A DNA stretch of 59,039 nt, the filler included, from Jimgerdemannia flammicorona (taxonomy: Eukaryota), in NCBI GenBank assembly GCA_003990765.1. It is 3 parts of 3 records of this genome, joined end to end, with 100 filler letters (N's around TTAATTAATTAA, not from the genome) between each part and the next. Parts side by side here need not be neighbours in the genome. Positions count along the whole stretch, not along the records: positions 19,718 to 39,328 come from RBNJ01001898.1; 2 more parts are not named here. One strand, written 5' to 3'. The position numbers were made by a program, and so were the translations under genes. The notes beneath the pieces were generated by a model. That model was not told where the DNA came from. It saw nothing but the letters and a program-made list of their open reading frames with translations, and did not search any database. This document shows, in pieces, positions 26,301 through 39,428 of this stretch (positions within the stretch are counted from its first letter, which is position 1; each line of letters opens with the position of its first letter).

Positions 26301-26781
26301 TCCTTCTACCTATCTGTAATGGTCATCTCCTCTCCTATCCTGATACTATCTGAAAAGTAATCATCTATACCAGAACTATACTCACCAGAAAGCTCACTAA
26401 AGCTCAGAGGACTCTATTACAAGTACTGAGAACTTGTAAATAATCTATACTAGTACTTAATGTCCAAGGTCAGCCAACTTTCTATATAGTTTATAATATA
26501 CTGAAATGATACCTTATTGATGATATATAGTAAAAGAAAGAAAGTGCTACACTAAGATGAGCATACTCTAGATATAGTAGAAGATACTAGAAACTATGAA
26601 AAAGTAGAAAAAGTACTAATCCAATACTGATAAGAGGTAACTTGTCACCATTGTCTCTCTCTCACTATCTTGCAACAGATACAGCAAACCAATCTGAAGT
26701 AGAGGGGAGATTAAGTTGCAGAAAAGAAACTCAGAAGATTGTCTACAAAATCTTATAACTGATATAGTAGTGAAGAAAGAG
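19718..26781 (-). mobile_element. 1.2-kb retroposon family, copy 3 (reverse), split by a full-length LINE: parts 19718-20366 and 26242-26781
   Basis: Reverse complement of the copy-1 3' half at 19718-20366 and of the 5' half at 26242-26781. Confidence 0.8.
20367..26241 (-). mobile_element. Full-length L1/Tx1-like LINE (ORF1; ORF2 = APE endonuclease + RT), inactivated
   Basis: Poly(A) tail as a T-run at 20367-20394. TSD atctgccctagctct at 20353-20367 and 26242-26256. ORF1 ~24136-26156. ORF2 from ~24129: FSLNVNGL, WSDH, NWRLIMLLDIDRKLVAK, GVSQGDPLSPILY, FADN, YLDI. Confidence 0.93.
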
Positions 26782-27349
26782 ATACCAATCAGATATTTGT
26801 CTATGTTGATATGCTTCTGGTCTGGTTTGTGATGGGATGAGTAGGTAGAGAGGTTGAAGTTGGAGAAATCAGTGTCTGGATACAGTAGTAGTAACTTAGC
26901 TAGAGATTTAAGCACTGAGTATCAACCTGGAGATTCTATACCAAGAACTGTGCTGAGATAATTCCTACTGTAGATTCAATTGAGAGTGATATCCTTTACA
27001 TTGACTGGTTTTCTAGGAAGCAAAAATCTCTGTGATGAAACCCTCAAGTTAGAGGTCATATATTCCTAATGATTGTTGTATATATTTCATTATAAATCAA
27101 ATTAAAGTACTTTTTTTTTCTTTCCCCCCCCCCCCCCCCCTGCTATCTCCTGCTGGTACATAAGTGTAAAGGTTAGATACAAGCTTATTTAATTTCTGTT
27201 TTACGATATCTGTGTCCGTATGTCCTCATCCAATAATGGTTTTGTTCTCCTCTTTCAATTTCTGCTCACTTACATTCCCCTCCATCTGCTTCTCGGCAGC
27301 TCCCCAACCACAACTACCTGTTCCTCGTTTTTGTGCGGTTTGTTGAGAA

Positions 27350-28640
27350 TGAACAAGATGCCAATGATCAGCGCTAAGGCAATAATGCCGGTCCCGGTCC
27401 ACAGCGCCCATGGTCATGTCTTTCTTCGTCGCCATTGCCCCAATTGGTTTTGTAATAGGCCTGATTATCGGCGGCACAGTAACCGAAAGCACTCTCAGCT
27501 GGCGATGGATCTTCTACATCTAGGCAATAATCTCAGGTTTAATGGTCGTGATCTCGGCCATCGTGATTCCATCCAAGAACGAGGAAGACGGCGATGACTC
27601 GCACACAATATCGACAGAGAAGAAGACGATCGATATTTTCGGTGCGGGTCTTTCGACGGGGTCTATGCTGCTTCTGGTGTACGTCCTGACGGATGGCAAC
27701 GTAACGGGATGGGCGAACCCGCGATTTATCTCGCTGCTGATTGTGTCCGTGCTCCTTCTCGTGGCGTTTATTGTGGTGGAATTCAAGATCAGGCAGCCAT
27801 TTATGCCGCCCTGAATCGGAATATCGCGCTCGAGTTCGTGATCGCCAGCTGAGCTATGGGTTTCTTCCAAGGGTACATATACTTTGTCATCCTTATCTTC
27901 CATGCTGTGTTTCATTATTCAGTGCTTGACTCGGCTGTCCATTACCTGCACCCTGGTAAGTACATATTATACATCATTTTTGATTATACGCATACACATG
28001 TGGACTTACATGGCAATATCCTAATATGCGAACAAATTATCCATCGCTGTCCAGGTATTGCTGCATCAATCATGGGGGTCGCATCCAAAAAAAAAAATTG
28101 TGCACCGTTTCAACATCAAAGTAGCACTGATGACAGGCCTGTTTATCTGCACAGTTGGTAGGTCTAGACCTTTTGTAAATATTGTGGAATCAGCTGCTCA
28201 TGGAAAATTCCGATACTGATCGTACGATCCTATCCCTCTCATTTAGGTAACATCCTCATTGGGTTTTATAATACCGACGACCTGTATTGGAGAATAGCAT
28301 TTTCTTGCTCGTTGTCGGCATAGCAGGGCTTTCATCCATTTACGCATCGGTTTCGATTGCAGCTATAGGTAGGATACAATTCCACCATTCAAATATTCTG
28401 TACATTGATCGCCGTCATCTTCATTTAAAGCAACTCACACATCCGCCTTCAATGTTTCAAGATGCGGCACCAAAAAGCGAGGCAGGAATAGTGGGTGGTC
28501 TACTCAACACTGCTTTCCAAATCGGCGGCGGATTGGGTTAGTATAACTCTTGACTCTCTCACAACCCGTCGCGTCACCGCTTTTCAAATCTGTTAAAATC
28601 TCATATTATGACAGCCGTTGACACGTCAGTCAGCCATCCG
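27350..28640 (+). pseudogene. MFS drug:H+ antiporter (DHA2-like) pseudogene, 5' part missing
   Basis: IGLIIGGTVTESTLSWRWIFYI*, IDIFGAGL, LLVAFIVVE...PFMPP*, EAGIVGGLLNTAFQIGGGLG. Contains in-frame stops and frameshifts. Confidence 0.8.
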
Positions 28641-29082
28641 AGCATGACTGGGGTGGGGGGTACTTGATTTCGATCTCGGTCCATTTCATTTTGTAGATTT
28701 TTACCTCTTCTTTTCTTCTCTTATCGTTAATTTAAAATATTGCATATCTTTTAATCTATATTATAAATATTTTTTTTATAAAGTAGTCAGATAATAAAAT
28801 AATAAATAAATACTTATAATCTAACTAATCTATAAATTGTATTATATAATATTATAGTTAAAATTTTATAATTTTTATAATTACTTTATTTATAACTAAA
28901 GAAATAAAAAATAAAATAAAAACCTTTTTAAAACATCCATCTTATATTAATATAAATCTAGTATTTAAAATAGTAGTAATATGAACAACATACTGTAAAA
29001 TTTATATAGTATTATAAAAATTATATAGTAACTTCCTTTTTAGGACTATAACTAGCAGTCTTTTAAATCTATAGAAAGATAT

Positions 29083-29152
<70 letters not shown>

Positions 29153-29484
29153 CTTAATTGAAATTTTAAATTTCTAAGATTGTAGTGAATCAACAATAAA
29201 AATTTCAATAAACTATTTATATTTTCTATTTTTTTCATTGAGTTCTTTACTTTCAAAGATTATTGTGGTTTATAGATTGGACAGACTGCCAGTCGCTAGC
29301 ACCATGTGCTAATCAGGTGACAATTATATGATAAAGGTTATGTGACACCACATGTTTAAGAAATTTATAGTTATACATTAATTATCTAACGAAATTAACG
29401 AATTGTTGTATTTAAGAAACGCCCAATTCCCTCTACCGACTACCAATTATCCCCACCTCCTCCACCTCTTGTAACAAATATACC

Positions 29485-31136
29485 ATGACCGACGCACTTA
29501 CCACCCTAAGCGTTGACTGGTGCACTGGTCGCAACGGCATCTTCGTCATCGCCGCCGCCGCCGCGGTTGTCACGGGCGTCTTCGTGGCCAATCACCTCAA
29601 CCCAGCCGACAAGGATGCCGAAAGATTCAAAAAACTTGCCAAGCTACCATCCCCGCCGGGAGCCGTGCCAATTCTCGGCCATCTGCTCGTCGTCGGCACG
29701 TCCCCGCACCTTAAGTTCAGCGAGTGGGGCAAGACCCTGGGACCTATCTTTGCCGTCAAAATGGGTTCCTCCCGGACGTGGGTGAGTTGTGGGAGTATGG
29801 CACGGTTGGAGCGACTAGAACGTGATCGAGGGCGGGTCCGGCCGGATCAGAAATAACCCCTGAGCCTTTTCCCACCAGGTCGTCCATAACTCGCCCGACG
29901 TGGTCCGCGATATCTTGGACCGACGTGGGGCCACCTTCTCGGACCGTGTCCAGACACATCTCCTTGAGGCGATCTCGGGAAACGGGGACATGTTTTTCAT
30001 GTCGGCAAACGGCCCGTACCTACGCGCATGGCGCAAACACACCAACAACACCATCAGCAAAACGAGGCTCGAGAAGGATTATAGCAACATCTTCAAATCC
30101 GAGACTAAACGCCTGCTGCTCAACTTGCTCGAAAGGGGAAACGTAGGGCCCGAAGGGATCGACCCATTTGATGACGTATACCTTTATGTGGTGCGTAGAC
30201 GGTCGGGGCGGAAAATGTCGTGAGGTTGGTTTCACGATGTAGACCGGGTGTTGTACGACACAAGGTTTTGATGCTTTTACATCCCTACCGCACAGATCAA
30301 TGTGATCTCTCTAATCGTCTTTGGCAAGAACTTTACAAAAGACGACGCAGACTACCGACAGGTTCTCCAGATAACTATCGATTTCATACAGGTGGGAAGC
30401 AAAGTCCTCGAGGAGTTTTTCCCTTTCCTGTCTCCACTCTACCGTGGCGCGATCGGCCGCGCCGCGAAGGTGCAGTTCGAAATCCAACAGGTGTTCGGAA
30501 GATTTGTCGACGAGGTTAAGCAGGATATGAAGGAGGGAAACGAGCGAAATTGTGCGTGTAATGAGTACTTGAAGGCACAGGAGACGGATGAGGAGGGACA
30601 TTTGTACGATAAAGCTAGTAAGTTTTGGTTGGGTGGTTGTTACGGAAGGACATTGTGTGGTCCTGGCGGGTATATGTTACTAATGACGGATTTATTTCCT
30701 TTTTTAATTTTCAAGTCATCAACAGTTGCGCTTCATTCATTTTTGCCGGTAAGCCTTCCTATCCTCCCAATATATGATGTTTAACCACTCAACTCACCCA
30801 CACCCCTTTCACCCCTAAGGTGCCGACACCTCTGCCATCGCCCTCTTGGGCGGCATGAGTATGCTGGCGAGGCAACCCGAAATCCAGGACCGCGCCTTTG
30901 CCGAGATAAAGGCCAACATCGGCCTCGACCGCCTACCCAATGATATGGATGAGTCCAGCCTACCTTACACCAATGCCATTATCACCGAGCTCCTCAGGTT
31001 CAGGCCGCCGTCATGGTTCGGTATTCCACATAGCAATCTTTATGACGAGGAGTACAACGGTTATCATATCCCGTGAGTAGAGGTAAGATGACGAAGAGGG
31101 AGAGGTTACCGACCAATGGCTGACGTTTTTTCTTTA

Positions 31137-31170
<34 letters not shown>

Positions 31171-31615
31171 CCGCCGCAATGTAGGGCCAACTCAGCGCAT
31201 GTCATCAACGTTCACGGGCTGCATTTCGACCCGGACACCTACCCGGACCCCTATGCTTTCAAGCCGGAGCGGCATCTGGACGCCGACAACACCCGCCAGC
31301 ACTACGCATTTGGCGGTAAGCGCACCGATCTCCCACCTTTTGAAATATTTCCCTTTACAACACAACTGACCCAACCTCCTCCCACTCACAGCCGGCCGCC
31401 GGATCTGCCCGGGCGCCTTCCTGGCGGAGAAGCTGATCTTCACGACGCTCGCGCGCCTCCTCTGGGCCTTCCGCATTGAGCCCTCGCTCGACGCACAGGG
31501 AAATCCAGTTGAAGTTCCCATGCCTGATATTACCAAACCCACACCGATTCCACCCAGAATCAACGTGAGGTTCGTGCCAAGACACGATAATGTCGAGCGC
31601 TTGTGCAGAGCATGA
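29485..31615 (+). CDS. Cytochrome P450 monooxygenase, multi-exon, apparently intact
   Basis: N-terminal anchor, LPSPPGAVPILGHL, I-helix FAGADTS, ELLR (ExxR), KPERH, heme motif FGAGRRICPG. Exons 29485-29781, 29879-30190, 30296-30617 and later ones with GT-AG introns. Stop at 31613-31615. Confidence 0.95.
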
Positions 31616-34600
31616 ATTGGCATGGATGGGATACGTAGGAGTGTGGGTGTACATTGTACCAGGATAGTCTTTGTCGCGGTATGTCTATATTTGATTTATC
31701 CATTAAAATTGACTTATCTAGTTTTTGCATCGATATGGTCAGTATTGTGGAGAGAATGTTGTAGAGAGGGTATTGTGGAGATGTATACAGCAGAAAGCAT
31801 CGAAGATAATCAATCATATGGAGGAATGTGGAATGTGGCGAACTGTGCTTCAATGTTGGAATAAGATTGCTGTATGGGTGAAAACGACTTTGATGTGAAC
31901 CATATGTTGAAATCAACAGTACAGATTGCAAGGGAGAGGGGTCTATCTTAATATATTTCTTAGCAATTTTCCGACTATTATTATTCTCTGAAAACTTTTA
32001 ACTCTTTAATCAATTTATTTATTATATTCTATTTCTTCAAAATTTATATTATTGAGATCTTTAAGCTATTTATATTCATAATATTTTCTATATAAGAGTA
32101 TATACACAAAATAAGATAAATAATTTTAATAACAGATTATATATAAAATTATATATTTGATACTTAAACTAAATACTATTTATTATTAATATAAATAGTA
32201 AATATATAATATAACATAGTAGATATTTAATCTAAAAGTATATCAGATTTCTTTATTTTGAATTCTTGCTCTTCTTGACTTCTCAGAGTTAGTTATAGAG
32301 AGTATAGAAGTGTGTGAGTTTGAAAGATATATCTGTCTATAGGTTATCTAGTTCTTTACTTTCAAACTATTTTGATCTCTAGTTTATTTACTTTAGATAT
32401 AATGATTTCTTAGATATCTTAATTATAAAATATTTTTACATCTTTTCTCTATCTTTTCTTAAATATTCTATAATATTCTAGTATTTTGTAAATACTTAAA
32501 AATCCTTTCTTGATATCCAGACTTTACTAAAACATTTTTGTCTTTTCTTGATACTTAGTATCTTAGCTATAATAATTTATTATATAATAATAAGCTACTG
32601 GAAATTATAATGGAATTTATAATGAAATTTTTCAATATAGTAGTTATAAATACTATATATTATATAACTATATATAGCCATATCTAATATACTATTTAGC
32701 CATAGTCTCAAAACTATATAAATGTTCTTTGTTTTTTTTTTTTGTTTTTTTTTTTATAGTTACATACTTGGACTTCTACTTTATTATCATTAATTTTATA
32801 TTATATTAATACAGATATACAGATATACTCCTCACCCAATCTCACAAGGTATCTCTCTCTCTTTTCCATCTCTCTGAAAAGTCACCAACCTCCCTACTAT
32901 CCCAATTCTCTCTCCACTCTATCTGCAAATTTCCTTCATCAGTCTTCTATAGAGCTCCTCTCCAGGTTCTCACTTCTACTATCAACCATTCAAAGGTCCA
33001 GTATCAACCATTTCCACCTTGCTACTTATACTCCAATTACTAACTGCTGACTATCTTTAAATATATACAGCCAATATCTGATAAGTCTAACTCAAATAGC
33101 TAGAACTCATCTAATAGTTAGCCACTCAATACTAATCTCTTACTTGCTCTAAGACTAACTGCTATTTTAGTCTCACTCTTTGCTAATTCCTACCCCCTGC
33201 CAAGTCTCTGACCACAAATCTCTTTCATACTCCTGAAGATACTCTATTCTATCCTCTAAACTGAAATCATTCATCAGTATATCTCTCAACAGAAGATGGT
33301 CTCATCTCTATATCTGAGATCTCTAGTCTATCTCTCTCTTATCACCCTATTACTAAAGGCCAATTCTTTGAGCTCTATCAACTACTCTCCACCAGAATCC
33401 CCTAAAGCATATCTTCTGACTCTCCTCTAGTACCACCATAGAGAGCAAGTCACTAGATATATCATGAAGAGAGAACTGTATCTCCCACACTCTCTACATA
33501 AGGAGCATCTACTCTTGGCCCCTCAATTTGCTAGCTTGCTTCAGCCACTATGCTCTCAAGTAGTGTAGATGCTTGGCAAAGTCCACCAGACCTAGTTCTT
33601 CCTGGTCTACTGGTAGTATCAATATCTCCTAGCCAATCAGACTCCATCACTCTGCCTATATCTACATCCTGGTCATCTTCAACAATCTCTTAATCATCTA
33701 TACTAAGAAGTCTAAGTAATACCTCAAATACTATAACTTGGATAGCCAATATATATTCAATATCATCATTCTTCCCACCAGAGAGATATAATGACTGCTC
33801 CACCTCAGGAGAGTATTTCTCTACTCAATTAGCTACTGTTTCTATTATCCCTGAGGCAACAGGGAATCATATACTGAAAAGTAGATCTCCAGATACCAGA
33901 CTGTCTCTCCTGTTAGAACAACTATTCTAATTAGATCCTCTCCTACTATTCCTCCACTTAACACTAGAGTCTCACACTTATACTAGTTAAGCTTAACACC
34001 AGAGCACTCCTCATACTTATCCACTACTCTCTTCAGTACTGCTACAACCTTCACAGAGCCCAGCCCTACCACCATATTATCAGTGAAGACCCCCACCTTC
34101 TAGTTCACTCTCAGAATATTCAACTCTCTCACTCTGTACCTAATCTTGTTCAATAAAGGCTCCAGGAAGAGGGTATAAAGGATTGATGACAGTGGGTCCC
34201 TCTGCAGCACTCTTCTGTCTATGGGAAACAACTTTCTCCTGTGTCCATTCATCAGAATAGCTGTCTGACTCCCCTCTAACAGACTGATCAAAGATTGTCT
34301 AAACTCTGGAAAAACCTACTACCCCCTCCAGCCACATATGTTGGACCCTATCATAGACCTTCTCTTGGTTCAGAAGTATGATCAGCCTCCAGTTCTTCCA
34401 TTCCTCTCTTCTTCTCTTATTCTTGTACAACAGTACTATAAGACCTAGGTGCTGCTCTCCAATTTAAGTCCCTGAGTTAATAACTTCATCATATATTCAT
34501 ATTATCTCCTCCATACTCACTATCCTCTTTCAGAAATCCCAGAGTAAACCCATCCTCTTCAGGAGCTATTCTAAGACTCACTATCACCAATATCCTATAG

Positions 34601-35596
34601 ATCTCCTTCCCTCAGATAGGTACTCTAAGTTCATTTAAGCCCTCTGCCAGATCTGGGTGCCAATCCTCCAGATGCTGTTCAATGTCCAGTACATCCTTCC
34701 CACCCTCCTCCTTACTTCACAATCACTCTTACTGAGAGCTCAACTGGTCCAATATCTCTGGAGTTCTGACTACCATCTCTCCTATCTTATTCAATACTCC
34801 TTCTCACTGCTGCCTCACTCTTCTCACCTGAAGCAGTCTTGACTAGAACTTTGTAGACCTCTCTCTCTCTCCTAAGCTCTGCCACTATAGCCAGGTTACT
34901 ATTTCTCTTCACCTATAATTCTTTCTTCTGTCTCAGTAACTTCTTTAGTTTCTCCACCTTCAGCTGGACCTGCTGAACCCTCTAATCCCCCTTCTCTCTA
35001 TTGTTCAGCAAATCAGCCCACTTCTCCAATAGCTTCTCCAACCTCTGGAAAGTCCACCTTAAATGACTCCTCTATTGAGCACCCCTCTCTCTCCCTGTCT
35101 CCCCCCAGAACCATTGAGCATCTGATTTCAAATACTGTCATTGATCCCTAATCTCCAGCTCCTGTGCCCTCTAGTTAATAATCTTAGAGCTAATGTCTAC
35201 CACCCAAGCTTCCTACAAGAAGAGATTCTCTAGTAATGAAGTATTCAGATATTAATGTTCAGGTCCCTCCCTACTTCCCCCAAACCTTTCACAATCTAGC
35301 AGACCCCAGTAATCTGACTGTAGGCACCAGACTGTCTCTAAAGAACCCCAGACATCTACTCCCCAGTACTCAGCAGTCAAGATCCAGTTAATCCTCAAAC
35401 CAAGCCTGCCATCTAGTAAGTATAGATCTTGTGGTCTCTCCACTCAAGATGTCTGGCATCCACCAGTGAGCTCAGACTTTCAATCTCCTTCTAGCCTTCT
35501 ATACTCCTGCTCCTACCAGCTATCTCTCTCTCTCTATTGGTCTTATCTAACTGCCCATCTCATATTATGTTAAAGTCTTCATCCAGACAGTCAATT

Positions 35597-35603
<7 letters not shown>

Positions 35604-35638
<35 letters not shown>

Positions 35639-37153
35639 TTTTATAGTCACTTGGACTCTGCCATTTATTACCAGTCTATTAATAAGTTTACAGTATTACC
35701 TCCCACTACCCAATCTCCATAGGGGAGCCTCTCCCCACATCATCATGAATAAAGACCATCTTCTCTCTTTCTCCACTACCTTACCGGTCACAAGGTTTGG
35801 TAGGCAATCTTTCGAGTCCCCTTTCCCCTATTATTACCCCCTCTACCTTGGGTTGGTTTGCTGTGCCTGCAGGGGTATGGTGGAAGGAGGGCAATGGTGA
35901 TGAGTTGCCCCTTTATCAGTATCAGATCAGTGTTTCCTCTACTTTTTCGCAGATTCTAGTGCCTTCAGCTGCATCTGGGGTGTACCCATTTTGGTGCGGC
36001 GCCTTCTTCCTTTTGCCGTTGCTAATAAGGTATTGTCTCGGTGTGTCTTGGGCTATGTAGGGAGTCAGCTGACCTTGGGCATCAAGTGCTCAGTGTAGAT
36101 TACCTGCAGGTCCTTGGTGCCTGTGGTGGGGCCCTCTGGCTTTGGCAAGCTTCCTGGCGAGTGCAGTTCTGGCATAGGTGACTGCTTTTCGGGTGTTGTC
36201 AGGATGGGAGGGGAGATGGCCATTACAGATAGGAGGAAGGGCGATAATGGTGAACCAGTAGGGTGCCAGGCTGGGGGCGGTCATCAGGGCTGGGGCAGGT
36301 GCTGCTTCGGTGGGGCCTTTTGATTGATATGGTATAGTTAGATGGTAGGTGTCACTATCAGCTCCTTTTGGTGGTCAGCAGGGTTGGGCCCCAGTCATCA
36401 GGGGGGGTCAGGAGGCCTGAGGCTACCCATTTCAGGCATCTTGGCTGCACTCAACTAGAACCAGGAGCTGACACGGCAACATGATTGAGGTCCGCAGGCT
36501 TGAGTAGTGGGGTATTGGGGATTTTCTCCCACCTCACGTATAAGTTCTTTACTCACCTCGACTGGGAGAACCAGGCCCTACCCACCATGTTGTGCTTTGA
36601 TAAGGGTTTTTTCTTTGCCTGTCATTCTCTTTAGGGTGGCAGGGGCTATTCTATTTGGCTTAGGCATAGCCTTGTACATATGTTGGGTTCTCAGGCATGT
36701 GCTTTCGGTTGTTGATATATGGTTGGATTTCCCCTGGTAGTAGGGAGAGCATGGTGTGCAGAATGAGGTACAGGCCTATTGGCCCTACTGTGCCTGGCAT
36801 GGTTGAGCTGCTGGACAATAGCTAGCTTAGGTTAATGAGGGGGCAGTGCTTAGTGAGTGGTGGGGGAGGATTTTGGCCTATATAGTCTAGGTTCCCTTCC
36901 AATAAAAATCCACAGAACATGAGTCCGTTAAACAAAAAAAAAAAAAAAAAAACCATCTTCTCACCCACTACCCACTCTGCCCACAGATTTTCTCCACTAA
37001 GCAATATCTTCAACCACTCTGTACTCCCCAACCAAGCCACTAATCTGTCAAAGTATCTTCCATAAGGCTATGCCAATACAATAGCTAGTCCCTCAAGCCC
37101 AGTCTCCTCCCATTCTCAAAAACAAATAACCAGTGACTGGTCAGCCCCACCTA
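35604..37153 (-). mobile_element. 5'-truncated LINE copy C nested in copy B
   Basis: (TA)n + T tail then tatagtcacttggactctg, matching the 3' end of copy A. TSD tcaattccttata at 35591-35603 and 37154-37166. Confidence 0.8.
35766..36950 (+). mobile_element. 1.2-kb retroposon family, copy 4, nested in LINE copy C
   Basis: Collinear with 6463-7708. Poly(A) at ~36929-36952. TSD (aaag)accatcttctc on both sides. Confidence 0.9.
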
Positions 37154-39328
37154 TCAATTCCTTATAAAATCATAGTATCTGTATCTTATAGTCTCCTTAT
37201 CTACTCTACATACTTCCCCCTTTCTGCTGAGCAATAACAGAACCCAACAGTTAAAGAGCTCTAGGCCAGCCTCCTCTACACTCCCCACACCATTCTGTCT
37301 CCCCAATGTCCAATGTCCCCAATGTCCCTCTTGCCCTTCTGAACTAGAATATATACCTAACTCTGCTATATAGCCACACTTCTCCATTCTCTCATCCAGT
37401 CCAGCATGTCTAAGTTCTCATTATACCCTATATTCTGCAGCAAGAACAGATCAGTATCCAGCTCTTTCAACTAGCTAAAAATATTCTAATACCTCACTGC
37501 ACTTCTTAATCCATTGATATTCAAAGAGAAGATTCTAGTTATACTGTTTACATTGAATAATGTTTGGAGAAAAAGCACCTACTCTATAATTCCATACTCA
37601 CTATATTACCAGCAATATCCAGATTCCTCTCTATCTCAAGCTCATCTGCCTCTCTCTGTTAAATATCCAGTACCTCCAAGATCTCTTAATAGTCCTCACC
37701 ATCTAATACCTCTATGTTAGACCAGTACTCCTCACACACTACCTGCCACTTTGCCAACCCTTTCCTAGGACCCCACAGATAGGCTGTATAGTTATTCACA
37801 ATTACCAGAAGCACTACCTCTCTGTTGTCATCTACCTCATACTCCTCTGCCTCTAACAGGCCTACCATCAACTTATTCCAAAGCTTCTGCACTACTTTTT
37901 CTCCTCAGAGGACATCACTCTAGTATCTCTCACTAATCATACAAAAATCCATCTCACCTAGCTCATCTGTCACAATATTCATCAGTACCTTTCATAACTA
38001 TCTCTCCTCTTCTATAGTATCATCAATACCTAGAGCCACCTTCTGCCCCCCAATCCTCTGATCTTCCTCAGCATTCATTCTCACTAACTCATCCTAGTCC
38101 TTCTCTAGTATATCCTGTAGCTTATTAGTTCTCTTCCCTTCTGTAGATATACTATACTATACTTGTGCCTCTTCTACCATCACCTCATCCTCAGCCACTA
38201 TACTCTGCCCAGATCCTCCCTCCTCTCTCAGGATTACTATAGAAACTACTCCCTTCTCCCCTGCCCAAGCACTAGCCCTCAACTCAACTCCTTCAGTAGT
38301 ATTCTCTCTCTCTGCTCTCTCTCTCAGATTCACCATCAAATCTTTCTGATGCTGCCTCCCCTATACTCTCTCTCAGATTGCCTGAACCAGTCACACTCTC
38401 TTGCCATTCACCATCTCTACTATCATCTTAGTCTTGAACTCCTTCTAGACCAATCTTCTATTCTTTACTATACTAGCCAGATCTTTCAATATCTCAAGTA
38501 AGTCCTTCTCCTCCTCTGGCATCCCCTTTACCCTTGAGACCTAATACTCTACTGGTCCCTACTTAAGCACTACTGGTCAATCCCTTCCTTTCTCAGTATT
38601 CTCCTTGTCTGCCAGTCTCATCCTGATATTTACATTCTTAGTTCTGAACTCTATATCTTCTCAGACCCATCTACCACATCTTTATACTCTTTGATAATAT
38701 CAACAATTAGCCCCTTGGTCACCTCCTTCTTCACTATAGGTATATTTTCTACCACCAGCTGCACCACCTAGGGGTCTCAGAACATGTACCAAGTTATACA
38801 GATTGCCACCTCTCTAACTACCACTCTTTTCTCCAATGCACCCAATATCAAATCCTTCTTCTCAAAGCCTACCTCTACTCCTTTCAGTCTCTTTAAGAAC
38901 TTTATTGAGGCCACTCCTTTCACCTTTTGGACCAGAAGCCCCAGAACCATTTTTGCCATGACTACTAAGCTCTAGAAGTACAATATGACAGTGAATTGGA
39001 TATTAATTTCTTGAGTAATAGTGCTACCACCAAACCCATTATACTATCAGCCAGATCTCCAGATCTCATATCCCCCCTCTGTTAAATCTCACCATCAGTT
39101 ATCACATCTGAATTTTTTTTCCAAATTAGCAGTCTCCTCTCTATCAGTAGTCCTCCTCTCTCTCCTAGCTACTACTCCTCTAGCTCCACCACTACTACTA
39201 TCTGGGGCTACCTCCCCAGATCCAGCTGCTCTCTCTCCTTCCCCTTGCCTCTCTACAGCCAACCCTTCAGGCTCATTGATGGATGCCCAGCCTTGATCTT
39301 GTCAGCAAAGCTCATCTTTCTTTTTTTT

Positions 39329-39428
39329 NNNNNNNNNNNNNNNNNNNNNNNNNNNNNNNNNNNNNNNNNNNNTTAATTAATTAANNNNNNNNNNNNNNNN
39401 NNNNNNNNNNNNNNNNNNNNNNNNNNNN
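39329..39428. other. Artificial contig linker
   Basis: N run containing ttaattaattaa. Confidence 0.95.

Larger units (their letters stand above)
32730..39310 (-). mobile_element. Degenerate L1/Tx1-like LINE copy B (parts 32730-35603 and 37154-39310)
   Basis: T-rich tail ~32728-32755. RT remnant RRVLQRDPLSSILY (34100-34291), EN remnant (35252-35443), ORF1 remnant MAKMVLGLLVQKVKGVASIKFLK (38777-38959) homologous to copy A. Confidence 0.85.

Noticed and set aside
29002..29256. Poly-Phe ORF
   Set aside because: Artifact of an A homopolymer in AT-rich DNA.
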